A stretch of DNA of 64,000 bases from an uncultured Alphaproteobacteria bacterium (lineage in GTDB: Bacteria; Pseudomonadota; Alphaproteobacteria; Rhizobiales; Xanthobacteraceae), in assembly GCA_963737755.1 (NCBI GenBank), contig CAVTTZ010000033.1, forward strand, positions 803,056-867,055, given 5' to 3'. A program made the position numbers and the translations under genes. The notes beneath the pieces are model-generated. The model was not told where the DNA came from and searched no databases. It saw nothing but the letters and a program-made list of their open reading frames with translations. Positions 1 through 10,313 of this stretch are shown here, in pieces. Positions within the stretch are counted from its first letter, which is position 1. Each line of letters opens with the position of its first letter.

Positions 1-85
1 TCTCGTCCGCGGCCAGTGCCGGCCGCAGTCCGATCAGGGCGGTTGCCGCCGCGCTGGCGACGAAATCACGCCGTGTCAGTTTCAT
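1..85 (-). CDS. ABC transporter periplasmic substrate-binding protein, N-terminal 28 codons only (gene continues beyond window start); Tat-like signal MKLTRRDFVASAAATALIGLRPALA
   Basis: Reverse-strand ATG at 85 preceded by GGGAGGAAG Shine-Dalgarno; twin-arginine-like signal peptide; sits downstream of two LivHM-type permeases. Confidence 0.5.
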   Translation of the reverse strand, partial: MKLTRRDFVASAAATALIGLRPALAADE

Positions 86-136
86 GTCTTCCTCCCGTAT
101 AGGCCGGCTCGTTTGCAGCCGGCGGGTTCTTGGTTG

Positions 137-1215
137 CTACCTCCTGGCCGTGCGGAACGGCCAGACCAGGAAGTAATTGCGGACATTGTCGTAGATTTTA
201 GCAAGTCCCAGCGGCTCGGCCACGAGGAACGCGATGATCAGCGCGCCGTAGAGCATCAATGGTAAATGCGCGCGCAAATCGGCATTCAGCGCAATGCCGA
301 GCCGATCGGCGCCCTGACCGATCAGATTATTGAACACGATCGGCGCGAACAGCACCAAGCCGGCGCCGAAAAAGCTTCCCAGCACGCTGCCGAGCCCGCC
401 GACGATCACCATGGCGAGAAGCTGCACCGACAGGTCGAGATGGAATTGCTCCGGTGAGACGCTGCGCAGATAGCAGACCACCAGCACCGAGCCGACGACG
501 CCGCCGATGAACGAACTGGTCCAGAACGCCGAGCAGCTTGAACTTGAAGGTATCGATGCCGATGATTTCGGCCGCATAGTCTTTTTCGCGGATCGCTGCG
601 AGCGCCCGGCCGAATGCGGTGCGATTGACGTTGAGCAGGAACATGGCGATCACGCGCGCACACCAGCAGCGCCATGTAATAGGTCGGCAGGTCGCCCTCG
701 ATGCGCACGCCGAGAAATCGCACCGGCGGCACTTCGATCGAGGCCATGCCGCCGCCGCTGACGCCCGGAATGTGCGTGATGCCGAAGTCGACAATGTATT
801 GCATCGCGATGGTGGCCATCGCGAGATAGAGGCTTTTGACCCGCAAGGCGGCGAAGCCGAAGATCACGCCGATCACCGCGCTGGCGAGACCGCCGGCGAG
901 CATCGCCAATTCCAAAGGTACGCCGAGACGCACGAGGTGCACGCTGGTGTAGGCGCCGATCGCCATCACGGCGCCGTAGCCGAGATGGATCTGGCCGGCG
1001 CCGCCCATCAGCAGATTGAGCCCGAGCGCGGCCGACGACCAGATCAGCCAGGGCAGCAGATAGGCGATCAGATAAAGCCGGTCGACCAGAAACGGCGCCG
1101 CCAACGCGAGCGCGACCACGATGCCGACCAGCAGCTTGTCGAACGGCAACGGCCAGAGCTGCCGCTCGGCGCGATAGTCGAGATGGCGGATGCCGGCGCG
1201 GCGATAGAACATCAC
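137..1215 (-). CDS. Branched-chain amino acid/organic acid ABC transporter permease (LivM family), interrupted by two single-base frame breaks (about 535 and about 655)
   Basis: Three overlapping minus-strand ORFs (406-1215, 327-794, 137-577) together give a continuous LivM-like sequence: N-terminal part, ..YYMALLV.. then VIAMFLLNVNRTAFGRALAAIREKDYAAEIIGIDTFKFKLL.. then AFWTSSFIGGVVGSVLV..LYGALIIAFLVAEPLGL; GTGA overlap with upstream permease stop. Confidence 0.7.
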
Positions 1216-2099
1216 ACCCTCTCGATCTGTTCGTGGCCGAACAGGCCGTAGGGCCGGACCATCAGCGTGACGACGATGATCACCGAGGCAACAATGTCGC
1301 GGGTGCCGCCGCCGATCATCGGATCGAGGATACCGGTGGCAAGGCTTTCACAAACGCCGACGATCAGAGCGGCGACCAGCACGCCCGGGATACTGTCGAG
1401 GCCACCCAGAATGGCGATCGCCAGCGCCTTCATCAGCAGCAGGGACAGGCTCCAATCGACGCCCTGCATGCTGCCCCAGAGAATACCGGCGGCGGTGGCG
1501 GCCACGGCCGCCAATCCCCAGGCGACCGCAATGGCGCGCTCCACCCGGATGCCGACCGACCAGGAAGCGCCCTGATCGTCGGAGACGGCCCGCATCATGA
1601 TGCCGGCCCGCGAGTTGAACAGAACGATCGCCAGGACGATCAAGGCCGCCGAAACGCCGCCGCCGATCAGATAAGCCCGGTTGATCAGCATATCGCCGAG
1701 AAAGACCGGCGCCTGCGGAATACCGAGGCTGAGGCGCTTCACCGCCGAACCCAGCAGGCCCGGCACGGCGCCGCGCAACAACAGCTCGATGCCGAAAGTC
1801 AGCATCACCACCATGATGACCGGCTGGCCGATCATGCGCCGCAACACCGTGCGCTCGATCAGAATGCCGAAGCCGAACATCACGACCATGGCCACGATGA
1901 TCGCGATCCACATCGGCAGGCCCACGGCGGCGGCAAACACCCAGGTCACATACGCGCCCATCATGGCGATGGCGCCCTGGGCGAAGTTCGCCGTACCCGA
2001 GGTTTTGTAGATCAGCACGATGCCGAGCGCGACGAGGCCATACATGCAGCCGACCAGCGCTCCGGTCAGTGCGAGTTCGCCGAGCAGCGCGATATCCAT
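1212..2099 (-). CDS. Branched-chain amino acid ABC transporter permease (LivH family)
   Basis: ORF translation MDIALLGELALTGALVGCMYGLVALGIVLIYKTSGTANFAQGA.. typical LivH; intact about 295 aa. Confidence 0.8.
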   Translation of the reverse strand: MDIALLGELALTGALVGCMYGLVALGIVLIYKTSGTANFAQGAIAMMGAYVTWVFAAAVGLPMWIAIIVAMVVMFGFGILIERTVLRRMIGQPVIMVVMLTFGIELLLRGAVPGLLGSAVKRLSLGIPQAPVFLGDMLINRAYLIGGGVSAALIVLAIVLFNSRAGIMMRAVSDDQGASWSVGIRVERAIAVAWGLAAVAATAAGILWGSMQGVDWSLSLLLMKALAIAILGGLDSIPGVLVAALIVGVCESLATGILDPMIGGGTRDIVASVIIVVTLMVRPYGLFGHEQIERV

Positions 2100-2101
2100 G
2101 G

Positions 2102-4048
2102 CTACGGCACCTCGGAGATCGAGAGCGTTCGGCTGATCGTTCCGGTCTGGCCGCTCTCGTAGGTGATGCGCGTGTTCTCGACCACCGAACTGGCGCCCGA
2201 ATACAGCGCCGCGATCACGGCCTGATAGCGTTCTTCGATGACATTGCGCCGCAGTTTCCGCGTGCGCGTGATCTCGCCGTCGTCCGGATCGAAATCCTTG
2301 TGCAGATTGACGAAGCGGCGCAGGCGCAACGGCACCGGAAGGCTTCCATTGACGTGCGCCAAAACCGATGCGACAAGCTTGGCGACCTCCGGCTTTTGCG
2401 ACAGATCCGCGTAAGACGTGAAAGACACGCCGCGCTCTTCCGCCCAATGGCCGGCGGCTTCGAGATCGATGCAAACGATCGCCGTCAGTTCATCACGGCC
2501 GGCACCGACGACGGCGACGTTGCGCACATAGGGGCTGAACTTGATCCGGTTCTCGATGTAGTTGGGAATGAAGCGCTCGCCGGCACGCGTCCGCACCACT
2601 TCGCTGACGCGGCCGAGAACAACCAGTTGGCCGCTCGGTTCCAGATAACCGGCATCGCCGGTGTGCAGCCAGCCGTCGCTCAGCGCCTTGCGGGTGGCTT
2701 CCGGATCGTCGAAATACGCGTCGATGACCGAGCCCGAGCGCACGACGATCTCACCGCTGTCGTCGATCTTCACCTCAACATTCGGCATCGGCATGCCGAC
2801 CCCGTGGAGCGTTACCGCGCCGTCCGGCTGCGCCGCGGTGAGCGCGACCGTTTCGGTCTGGCCGTAGAACTGTCGCAAGTCGATGCCGAGCGCGCGGAAG
2901 AATAAAAACGTGTCTTCGCCCATCGCCTCGCCGCCCGTATAGGCGCGATGCGTGCGCGTCATGCCGAGAAAATCTTTGATCGGCCCGAAGACAAGGATCT
3001 CGCCGAGCGCCGCGGAGATCTTTTCGGCAACGCCAGGCTGTTTGCCGGCAAGGCGCTTGCGCTCACGCTCGATCGCGCGCGGCATGAAATAATCATAGAG
3101 CCGGCGCTTGAACGGGGTGGAATCGGCCATGCCGATCTGAATGCGCGTCAGCATGTTGTCCCACGCGCGCGGCGCCGCCAGATAGATGGTCGGCGCCACT
3201 TCGCGAATGTCGCGCAGCACGGTTTCCTGGCGTTCCGGAATATGCGTCGTGAAACGCAGCCACAGTCCAGCCCCGACGGTGAAGACCAGATCGCCGACCC
3301 AGGCCATCGGCAAATAGGCGTAGTGATCTTCGTAGTCCTGGAAGTAGCCACCCGCGACAGCGTTGGTAACGCCGGCGATGATGTTGCGGTGGCGCAGCGG
3401 CACGCCCTTAGGCGCACCGGTCGTGCCCGACGAATGCAGCAGCACCGCGATATCGTCGGCGCGGGCGCGGTTCACCAGATCGGCGGCGAGCCCGGAATTG
3501 GCTTCGATCAAAGCGCGGCCGCGCGCGATCGCGGCGTCAAGCGACAACAGCCCTTCGGATTTATAGGCCAGCAGTCCGCGCGGATCGTCGTACAGAATCG
3601 TTTCCGGCCGGCCGGTGCGCTCGCGCAATTGCAGCAGCTTGTCGACTTGCTCCTGGTCTTCAGCGACCGCGATACGCGGCGCGCCAAAGCGCGTGTAAGC
3701 AACAAGCTCGTCGGGCGGAACGTCGGGAAACACCGGAGACGGAAACGCCCGCAATGTCATGGCAGCGAGCATGGCGGTGTAGAGGCGCGTGCGATTGTCG
3801 CCAATGACGGTCAACGCCTGATCGGGACCGAGCCCGAGCGCCTCCAAAGCGGCTGCCAGCGCGATGACTTCGGCGAAGGTTTCGGCCCAGTTGCGCTCCT
3901 GCCACACGCCGCGGTCACGCTCGCGGAACGCGGCGCGGCTGCCGCTCTCGGCGGCGTTGCGCGCCAGCGCCGCGATCAATGTCGCCGGACGGCCCTGCTC
4001 GGTCACCGGCCAGGACGTCACCAACGGCGTGCGCAGCGGGATGTTCAT
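2102..4048 (-). CDS. AMP-dependent acyl-CoA synthetase/ligase (long-chain fatty-acid-CoA ligase family) embedded in ABC transporter operon
   Basis: Intact 648-aa ORF with AMP-binding motif LHSSGTTGAPKGV and YGQTE; start ATG overlaps upstream ATPase stop (ATGA). Confidence 0.8.
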   Translation of the reverse strand: MNIPLRTPLVTSWPVTEQGRPATLIAALARNAAESGSRAAFRERDRGVWQERNWAETFAEVIALAAALEALGLGPDQALTVIGDNRTRLYTAMLAAMTLRAFPSPVFPDVPPDELVAYTRFGAPRIAVAEDQEQVDKLLQLRERTGRPETILYDDPRGLLAYKSEGLLSLDAAIARGRALIEANSGLAADLVNRARADDIAVLLHSSGTTGAPKGVPLRHRNIIAGVTNAVAGGYFQDYEDHYAYLPMAWVGDLVFTVGAGLWLRFTTHIPERQETVLRDIREVAPTIYLAAPRAWDNMLTRIQIGMADSTPFKRRLYDYFMPRAIERERKRLAGKQPGVAEKISAALGEILVFGPIKDFLGMTRTHRAYTGGEAMGEDTFLFFRALGIDLRQFYGQTETVALTAAQPDGAVTLHGVGMPMPNVEVKIDDSGEIVVRSGSVIDAYFDDPEATRKALSDGWLHTGDAGYLEPSGQLVVLGRVSEVVRTRAGERFIPNYIENRIKFSPYVRNVAVVGAGRDELTAIVCIDLEAAGHWAEERGVSFTSYADLSQKPEVAKLVASVLAHVNGSLPVPLRLRRFVNLHKDFDPDDGEITRTRKLRRNVIEERYQAVIAALYSGASSVVENTRITYESGQTGTISRTLSISEVP

Positions 4049-4866
4049 CACACCGCCTCTGCGCGACGCGCGGCGGCGCGCTGACCGAGATAAGCGGACA
4101 CGACGCGCGGATCCGCGATGGTCTGCGCCGGTTCGCCCTCGGCGATTTTTTCGCCGTAGCTCAGCACCACGACGTGATCGCACAGCGCCGTCACCACATC
4201 CATGTGATGCTCGATCAACAAAATCGTCGCGTTGCGCTCTTCGCGCGCGTCGAGAATGAAGCGCGCGATGTATTCCTTCTCCTCCTGATTCATGCCGGCC
4301 ATCGGCTCGTCGAGGATCAGAAGCTCGGGTTCGGCGGCAAGGGCACGCGCCAGTTCCACGCGCTTTTGCATGCCGAGAGGAATGACCTCGACCGGCTCGT
4401 CGCGAATATCCTGAATCTGCATGAAGTCGATCAGCTCTTCGACCACGCGCCGATGCTCGGTCTCGTTGCGCAAAGCCCAGACCCAGTAGAACAAACTCGC
4501 CAGCGCGCTCGCCCCCATGAACGCATGACGCCCGAGCAGAATGTTCTCCAGCACCGTCATGCCGCGAAACAGCGCGAGATTCTGAAACGTGCGCGCCACG
4601 CCGCGCGCCGCGATCCGATGCGGCTTGAGACCGATCACCTCCTGGCCGAAGAGATTCACGCTGCCCGATTGCGGACGATAAAAGCCGGTGATGACATTGA
4701 CCATGCTGGTCTTGCCGCTGCCGTTGGGACCGACAAGTCCAAAAATCTGGCCCTTCGGAATCTCCAGCGAAACGCCCTTGAGGGCGCGCAAGCCGCCGAA
4801 GGCAAGCTCGATATCCCGGCAGCGCAGCACGCTGTCGCCTTGATCTCGCTCGCCCGGTGCCCTCAT
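4048..4866 (-). CDS. ABC transporter ATP-binding protein (LivG family)
   Basis: Walker A GPNGSGKTS, signature and LIEHHMDVV motifs; intact. Confidence 0.8.
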   Translation of the reverse strand: MRAPGERDQGDSVLRCRDIELAFGGLRALKGVSLEIPKGQIFGLVGPNGSGKTSMVNVITGFYRPQSGSVNLFGQEVIGLKPHRIAARGVARTFQNLALFRGMTVLENILLGRHAFMGASALASLFYWVWALRNETEHRRVVEELIDFMQIQDIRDEPVEVIPLGMQKRVELARALAAEPELLILDEPMAGMNQEEKEYIARFILDAREERNATILLIEHHMDVVTALCDHVVVLSYGEKIAEGEPAQTIADPRVVSAYLGQRAAARRAEAV

Positions 4867-4885
4867 CGTCGGCCGCTTGATCTCA

Positions 4886-6494
4886 TCACATCCGGAACAC
4901 ACCGTAATGCGGCCGGTCGATCGGCGTATTCAGCGCAACGCTGATCGCCATCGCCAGCGCATTGCGGGTATCGGTCGGATCCAGAATACCATCGTCCCAC
5001 AGATGCGAGGTGGAATAATAGGCGCTTTGCTGGTGGCGATATTCCTCCAGGATCGGCTCGCGAATGGCCGCAATCTCGGCCGGGCTCAAGCTCTTGCCCT
5101 GACGCGCGAGCTGGCGGATCTTGATGTCGGCCAGCACGTTGGCGGCCTGCTCCGCGCCCATGACCGAAATCTGGCTCTGCGGCCACATGAACAGAAAGCG
5201 CGGATCGAACGCCCTGCCCGCCATGCCGTAGTTCCCGGCTCCGAACGATCCGTTGCAGATCACGGTGATTTTCGGCACTTCCGAGCCGGAGACCGCCATG
5301 ATCATCTTGGCGCCGTCCTTGGTGATGCCGCGGTGCTCATAGTCGCGGCCTACCATATAGCCGGTGATGTTCTGCAGGAAGATCATCGGCACGCGACTTT
5401 GGTTGCACAACTGCATGAAATGCGAGCCCTTGTGCGAGGAACTCGTTGAACAGCACGCCGTTGTTGCCGAGGATCCCGACCTTAAAGCCCCAGATATGGG
5501 CGAAGCCGCAGATCAGCGTGCTGCCATAAGCCGGCTGATATTCGTGAAAGCGGCTGCCATCGACCAGCCGCGCGATCAGTTCGCGGACGTCGAACTGAAT
5601 CTTGATGTCGCGCGGAAGGACGCCATAGAGCTCGTCGGGATCATAGTATGGCGGTTCGGGTGCGATCCGCTCGACATCGAGCTTGGTGGGGCGCTGCGTC
5701 TGCGCGACCAGTTCGCGCGCGATGGCGATCGCCTGCTCCTCGGTCGTGGCCGGATAATCCGCCGTGCCGGAAATCCGGGTGTGGACGTCGGCGCCGCCCA
5801 ATTCGTCGACCGTGACGTCTTCGCCGGTTGCCGCCTTCACCAGCGGCGGGCCGCCGAGAAAGATCGCGCCGGTGCCGCGAACAATGACATTATATTCGCT
5901 CAGCGCCGGCACATAAGCGCCGCCAGCGGTGCAATGGCCAAGCACAATGGCGACCTGCTGCACGCCGAGCTTCGACAGGATCGATTGGTTGCGGAAAATG
6001 CGGCCGGCCAGATAACGGTCGGCGAACAGATCCGCCTGCAGCGGCAGGAAGCCGCCGGCGCTGTCGCAGAGGTGGACGACCGGCAGCCGGTTCTCGATCG
6101 CGATGTCGAGGGTGCGCACGATCTTTTTGACCGAGAGCGGATACCAGGCGCCGCCTTTCACGCTGGCATCGTCGGCATGAATGATGACTTCGCGGCCCTC
6201 GACGATGCCGATGCCGCTGACGATGCCGGCGCCCGGCACCTCGCCGTCATATTCGGTGTTGGCCGCCAGCGTCGACAGTTCCAGAAACGGCGTGCCCGGA
6301 TCGAGCAATAACTCGATGCGGTCGCGCACGAACATTTTGTTCTGCCGCGCCAAGCGTTCGAGATCGCGCGCCGGGCGGTCGCGCCGCGCCGCGCGCTGAC
6401 GCTCCTTGAGCGTATCGGCGAGCCCGCGATTGTGCTTCCAGTTGAGGCGGAATTCCTCGGACGCCGTATCGATCTTGCTTTCAATGCGCCGCAT
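4886..6494 (-). CDS. mccB: Methylcrotonyl-CoA carboxylase beta subunit (carboxyltransferase, LiuB/MccB-like), one frame break near 5428
   Basis: ORFs 5337-6494 and 4886-5416 together align along the whole MCC beta sequence (..IDTASEEF.., GILGNNGVLF / QLCNQSRVPMIFLQNITGYMVGRDYE.., C-terminal ..YGVFRM); single extra base in gagttcctc region. Confidence 0.75.
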
Positions 6495-6508
6495 CGCTCA
6501 ATACTCGC

Positions 6509-7003
6509 TCACGCCGGGACCAGCGCCAGAAGCTGTGCGCCGCGCTGAAAAGTCTGGCCGACGCCGAAATGAACCGCCGCGACCGTGCCGTCGCGCCAGG
6601 CTTTGATCGCCGTCTCGAGCTTCATGCTCTCGATCACCATGAGGGTTTCGCCAGCCGTCACCGACTGCCCGTCTTTCACATTGACGGCGATGACGACGCC
6701 GGGCATCGGCGCCTCGGCAATATCCTCGGCAGCACCGCCGGCATGGCTGCCGTAGCGCTGCACCGGATCGACATAGCGCACCGTGAAGGTCATTCCGTCG
6801 ATATGGATGTGAACGAGGTCGCCGTCCGGCGCGACCAGCACGGGCGAGGTTTCAGTACCGAGCGTGAGACGCTGCCCGCCACCTGCAGCATCCGAAAGCG
6901 CAATCGGGACGACTGTGTCACCGACATGCAGCACATAGCCGTCGCCACGCCGCGATAAAAAGGCTTCGTGCTCGGTCTCGCCGATGACGAATGTGTGTTG
7001 CAT
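6509..7003 (-). CDS. Biotinyl (BT plus BCCP) domain protein corresponding to the C-terminal 164 aa of an MCC/PCC alpha subunit
   Basis: Biotinylation motif VIESMKLE preceded by APMPG; N-terminal beta-rich segment resembles MccA BT domain; start ATG overlaps NMO stop (TGATG). Confidence 0.7.
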   Translation of the reverse strand: MQHTFVIGETEHEAFLSRRGDGYVLHVGDTVVPIALSDAAGGGQRLTLGTETSPVLVAPDGDLVHIHIDGMTFTVRYVDPVQRYGSHAGGAAEDIAEAPMPGVVIAVNVKDGQSVTAGETLMVIESMKLETAIKAWRDGTVAAVHFGVGQTFQRGAQLLALVPA

Positions 7004-7975
7004 CAGGACGCCGCCAGGGCTGGAGACGCCGGCACCGCGCAGGCGGCGCGATAATCGGCGGCGAGCCGCTCGACAAGCTCGGCGACGCTCGGCACGTCAT
7101 GGATGGTGGCGATGCCGTGACCCGCGCTCCAGATGTCGCGCCAGGTGCGGGCTTCGGAATCGGCCAGCCCGCTCATGTCGGGAGCTTTCTTCGGTAGCGT
7201 TTCCGGATCGATGCCGTAGCGCGTGATCGACGGCAGCAGGAAATTCGCGAACACGCCGGAGAAGCGGTCGGAGTAGATGATGTCCTTGATGCTGCTGTCG
7301 ACGATCATCTGCTTGTAAGCGTCTTGCGCGTTCGAATTCGCGGGTCGCCAGAAAGCGGGTGCCCATATAGGCGAGATCGGCGCCGAGCACCTCGGCGGCG
7401 CGGATCTGATGGCCGTCGCTGATGCTGCCGCCCAGCACCAGACAGCCGTCCCAGAATTCACGCACTTCGCGCACCAGCGAAAATGCGCTTTGGCTCGACG
7501 CATGGCCACCGGCGCCGCCACCGACGCAGATCAGACCGTCGGCGCCGCCTTCGATCGCCTTGCGTGCGTGCAGCGCATTGATGACGTCGCAAAACACGAG
7601 GCCGCCATAGCCGTGAACGGCGTCGATGGTGCGGCGCGGATCGCCCAGACAGGTGATGACCAGCGGCACCTTGTGGGACACCACGACGTCCAGATCGGGC
7701 TCGTAGCGCGCGTTGGTGCGATGGACGATGAGATTGACCGCATGCGGCGCCACCTTGGCGCCCGGATGCGCTTTGGCGTGAGCGCTCAGATCGGCCTCGA
7801 TCTCGCTGAGCCACTTGTCGAGTTGATCGGCCGGCCGCGCGTTGACATGCGGGAAGGCGCCGATGACGCCGGCACGGCACAAAGCCGTGACCAGCGGCGG
7901 AAAAGAAACCAGAAACATCGGCGCGCCGATCGCCGGTACCGACAGCGTGTGTTTGAGCGCGTTCGGCAACGTCAT
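7003..7975 (-). CDS. Nitronate monooxygenase / 2-nitropropane dioxygenase (NMO, FabK-like FMN oxidoreductase) family protein, one frame break near 7340
   Basis: MTLPNALKHTLSVPAIGAPMFLVSFPPLVTALCRAGVIGAF.. and C-terminal SNAQDAYKQMIVDSS.. in a second frame (ORF 7003-7521); deleting one T in cgcgaattcgaacgc restores the frame. Confidence 0.7.
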
Positions 7976-8009
7976 TGTCGGCCTCGCGTCGATTGAGCAG
8001 CGCAACGCA

Positions 8010-9518
8010 TCAGTTTCTCCAGGCGCCCATGGCGCCGAATATTTCGGGCACCGCATCGGCCAAGTCCCGCACCGGCCGCAGCGAAAGTGCGGCCGCCGCG
8101 ATCAATTTGGTCGCCAGTTCCGGACTGACCGGCGGATCGGCGGCGAGCGCCGGATGCTCGTCCAAAAAGCCAGTGTGCAGAGCACCGGCGGCAAAATCCG
8201 GATCGGCGGTGAGGCGACGCAGGAAAGCCGTGTTGGTCTCGCAACCCAAGACCGCAAGCTCGCCCAAAGCGTCGTAACCGCGCGCGCACGCCGCCGCGCG
8301 GTCGTTGCCGTGAACGACGAGCTTCGCGAGCATCGGATCGAACGCGGCCGTGACCACCTGCCCGCGGCTGATGCCGGTGTCGACGCGGACTTCCGGATTC
8401 GCGTCCGGCAACGCCATCGCAACGATGCGGCCGGTGGTCGGCACAAAGCCGCGCGCCGGGCTCTCGGCATAAATGCGATATTCGATGGCGTGGCCGTGGA
8501 TTGCCAGCTCGGCTTGGGTGAAACGCAGCGGTTCGCCGGCGGCGACGTGAAGTTGCTCGGCGACGAGATCGATGCCGGTGATCATTTCGGTCACCGGATG
8601 CTCGACCTGCAGCCGCGTATTCATCTCAAGGAAATAAAACTCGCCGCGGCCATAGATGAACTCGATCGTGCCGGCATTGCGATAGCCGGCGGCGCGGGCG
8701 ATGCCGACGGCGATATCGCAGATCCGCTTGCGTTCGGTTTCGTCGAGCGCCGGCGACGGCGCCTCCTCGACGATCTTCTGAAAGCGGCGCTGGATCGAGC
8801 ATTCGCGATCGAACAGATGCACGACATTGCCGTGGGCGTCGCCGAGCACCTGCACCTCGATATGGCGCGGCCGCTCGACATAGCGCTCGACATAAAGGCG
8901 ACCGTCGCCGAAATACCGCGTGCCTTCGCTGCGCGCGCGCACGATCTCCTCTTCGAGCACCGCGGCCTCGCGGACAATGCGCATGCCTTTGCCGCCGCCG
9001 CCGGCCGCGGGCTTGATCAGAAGCGGAAAGCCGACCGCCCGCGCGCGCTCAGCAAACGTCTTCGGATCATCGTCCTCAATGGCCGAGGGCGCGACCGGAA
9101 AGCCGCGCTCGGCCACAAAGGCGCGGGCGCGCACCTTGTCGCCCATCAGTTCGATCGCGTCCGCCGTGGGCCCGACGAAAATGATGCCCGCCTCGGCCAC
9201 CTGGCGCGCGAAGCGCGCGTTCTCCGACAAAAAGCCGTAACCCGGATGAATGGCGCCGGCGCCGCTCGCCTGCGCCGCGGCAATGATCTGCGCGCCATCC
9301 AGATAAGCCGCGACGGGCGTCGCGCCGGCAATCTCGATCGCCTGATCCGCGGCTGCAACAGCCGGCGTCGCCGCGTCGGCCGCGTGATAGACCACGACCG
9401 CTTCGAGCCCCAGCGCCTGCACGGTGCGTAGAATGCGCAGCGCGATCTCGCCGCGATTGGCGATCAGAACGCGCCGGAACGGCCAGCCGCCGACGGGAGC
9501 GGAATCAAGCTTCGACAT
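8010..9518 (-). CDS. Biotin carboxylase (ATP-grasp); corresponds to the N-terminal about 500 aa of an MCC alpha subunit and stops right after ..GAMGAWRN
   Basis: FRRVLIANRGEIA.., [18 protein letters not shown] motifs; intact ORF; ATG at 9518. Confidence 0.8.
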   Translation of the reverse strand: MSKLDSAPVGGWPFRRVLIANRGEIALRILRTVQALGLEAVVVYHAADAATPAVAAADQAIEIAGATPVAAYLDGAQIIAAAQASGAGAIHPGYGFLSENARFARQVAEAGIIFVGPTADAIELMGDKVRARAFVAERGFPVAPSAIEDDDPKTFAERARAVGFPLLIKPAAGGGGKGMRIVREAAVLEEEIVRARSEGTRYFGDGRLYVERYVERPRHIEVQVLGDAHGNVVHLFDRECSIQRRFQKIVEEAPSPALDETERKRICDIAVGIARAAGYRNAGTIEFIYGRGEFYFLEMNTRLQVEHPVTEMITGIDLVAEQLHVAAGEPLRFTQAELAIHGHAIEYRIYAESPARGFVPTTGRIVAMALPDANPEVRVDTGISRGQVVTAAFDPMLAKLVVHGNDRAAACARGYDALGELAVLGCETNTAFLRRLTADPDFAAGALHTGFLDEHPALAADPPVSPELATKLIAAAALSLRPVRDLADAVPEIFGAMGAWRN

Positions 9519-10137
9519 TGTGCGCGTTCGCCCTTGCCGCGTTCGGACAAAGTCCATTCAAGAAAATATCGGTGATGTTGCGCGCCATGCGCTGCACGTC
9601 GAGCGGCCGCTTGCCGATGGTATGGCGCCAAGCCGAGTGTTCGATGGCGCCGAACAGCATGTCGCGCACCACGCGCGGATCCACCGCTTCCGGGATTTCG
9701 CCGCTCGCCACCGCGTCGTCGACCATCTTGACAAGGATCGACGTGTAACGCCGGTTGAGCTGCTGAATGGCCGAACCGCGATAGTCGCTGGCGATCCGCA
9801 CTTCCGAAATGAACAGCCGGCAGAGATCACGCTGCGCGACGAAGATCGTCAAATGCTCGCTGATCAAAATGTAGAGCTGCTCGCGAAATCCGCTTCCGTC
9901 CGCGACTTTGGTGCCTAGATCCTCGATCAGGCGCTCGTAGAATTTCCTCAGGACATGCTCGAGCAGGTCGCGCTTGTTGGAAAAGTATTTGTAGATCAGG
10001 CCATCCGAGACTTCGGCAGCACGCGCGATCTCGGTGATCGAGGTGGTTTCATATCCTTTTTCTGCAAACGCGCGCGAAGCTGCAGCGAGGATCGTCTCGT
10101 AGCGATCACGCATCCGCTCGGGACTGATGGCCGGCAT
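9505..10137 (-). CDS. TetR family transcriptional regulator
   Basis: N-terminal HTH ILAAASRAFAEKGYETTSITEIARAAEVSDGLIYKYFSNKRDLL; divergent from acyl-CoA dehydrogenase gene. Confidence 0.8.
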   Translation of the reverse strand: MPAISPERMRDRYETILAAASRAFAEKGYETTSITEIARAAEVSDGLIYKYFSNKRDLLEHVLRKFYERLIEDLGTKVADGSGFREQLYILISEHLTIFVAQRDLCRLFISEVRIASDYRGSAIQQLNRRYTSILVKMVDDAVASGEIPEAVDPRVVRDMLFGAIEHSAWRHTIGKRPLDVQRMARNITDIFLNGLCPNAARANAHNVEA

Positions 10138-10313
10138 TAGACGCCCAAGAAAAAGTGACAAAAGAGAGCGTGGGAGAAGCCGGGGAAGCCAGGAACCCGC
10201 ACGCGCGATGATGTTTGGCCGAACCGGCGCATGCCCTTGCCGTCCTCCCCCCTTTGGCGGGGCGCCAATTTCCGCGCCCAGCCCTTGATTACCCATATTG
10301 AATACGCTTCACT

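Noticed and set aside
619-2162. Long plus-strand ORFs (619-1251, 1233-2162, likewise 7842-9431, 29837-31303 and 50578-51429 minus)
   Set aside because: They are antisense to well-supported genes, Arg/Ala/Gly/Asp-rich, and expected from stop-poor 65% GC DNA.
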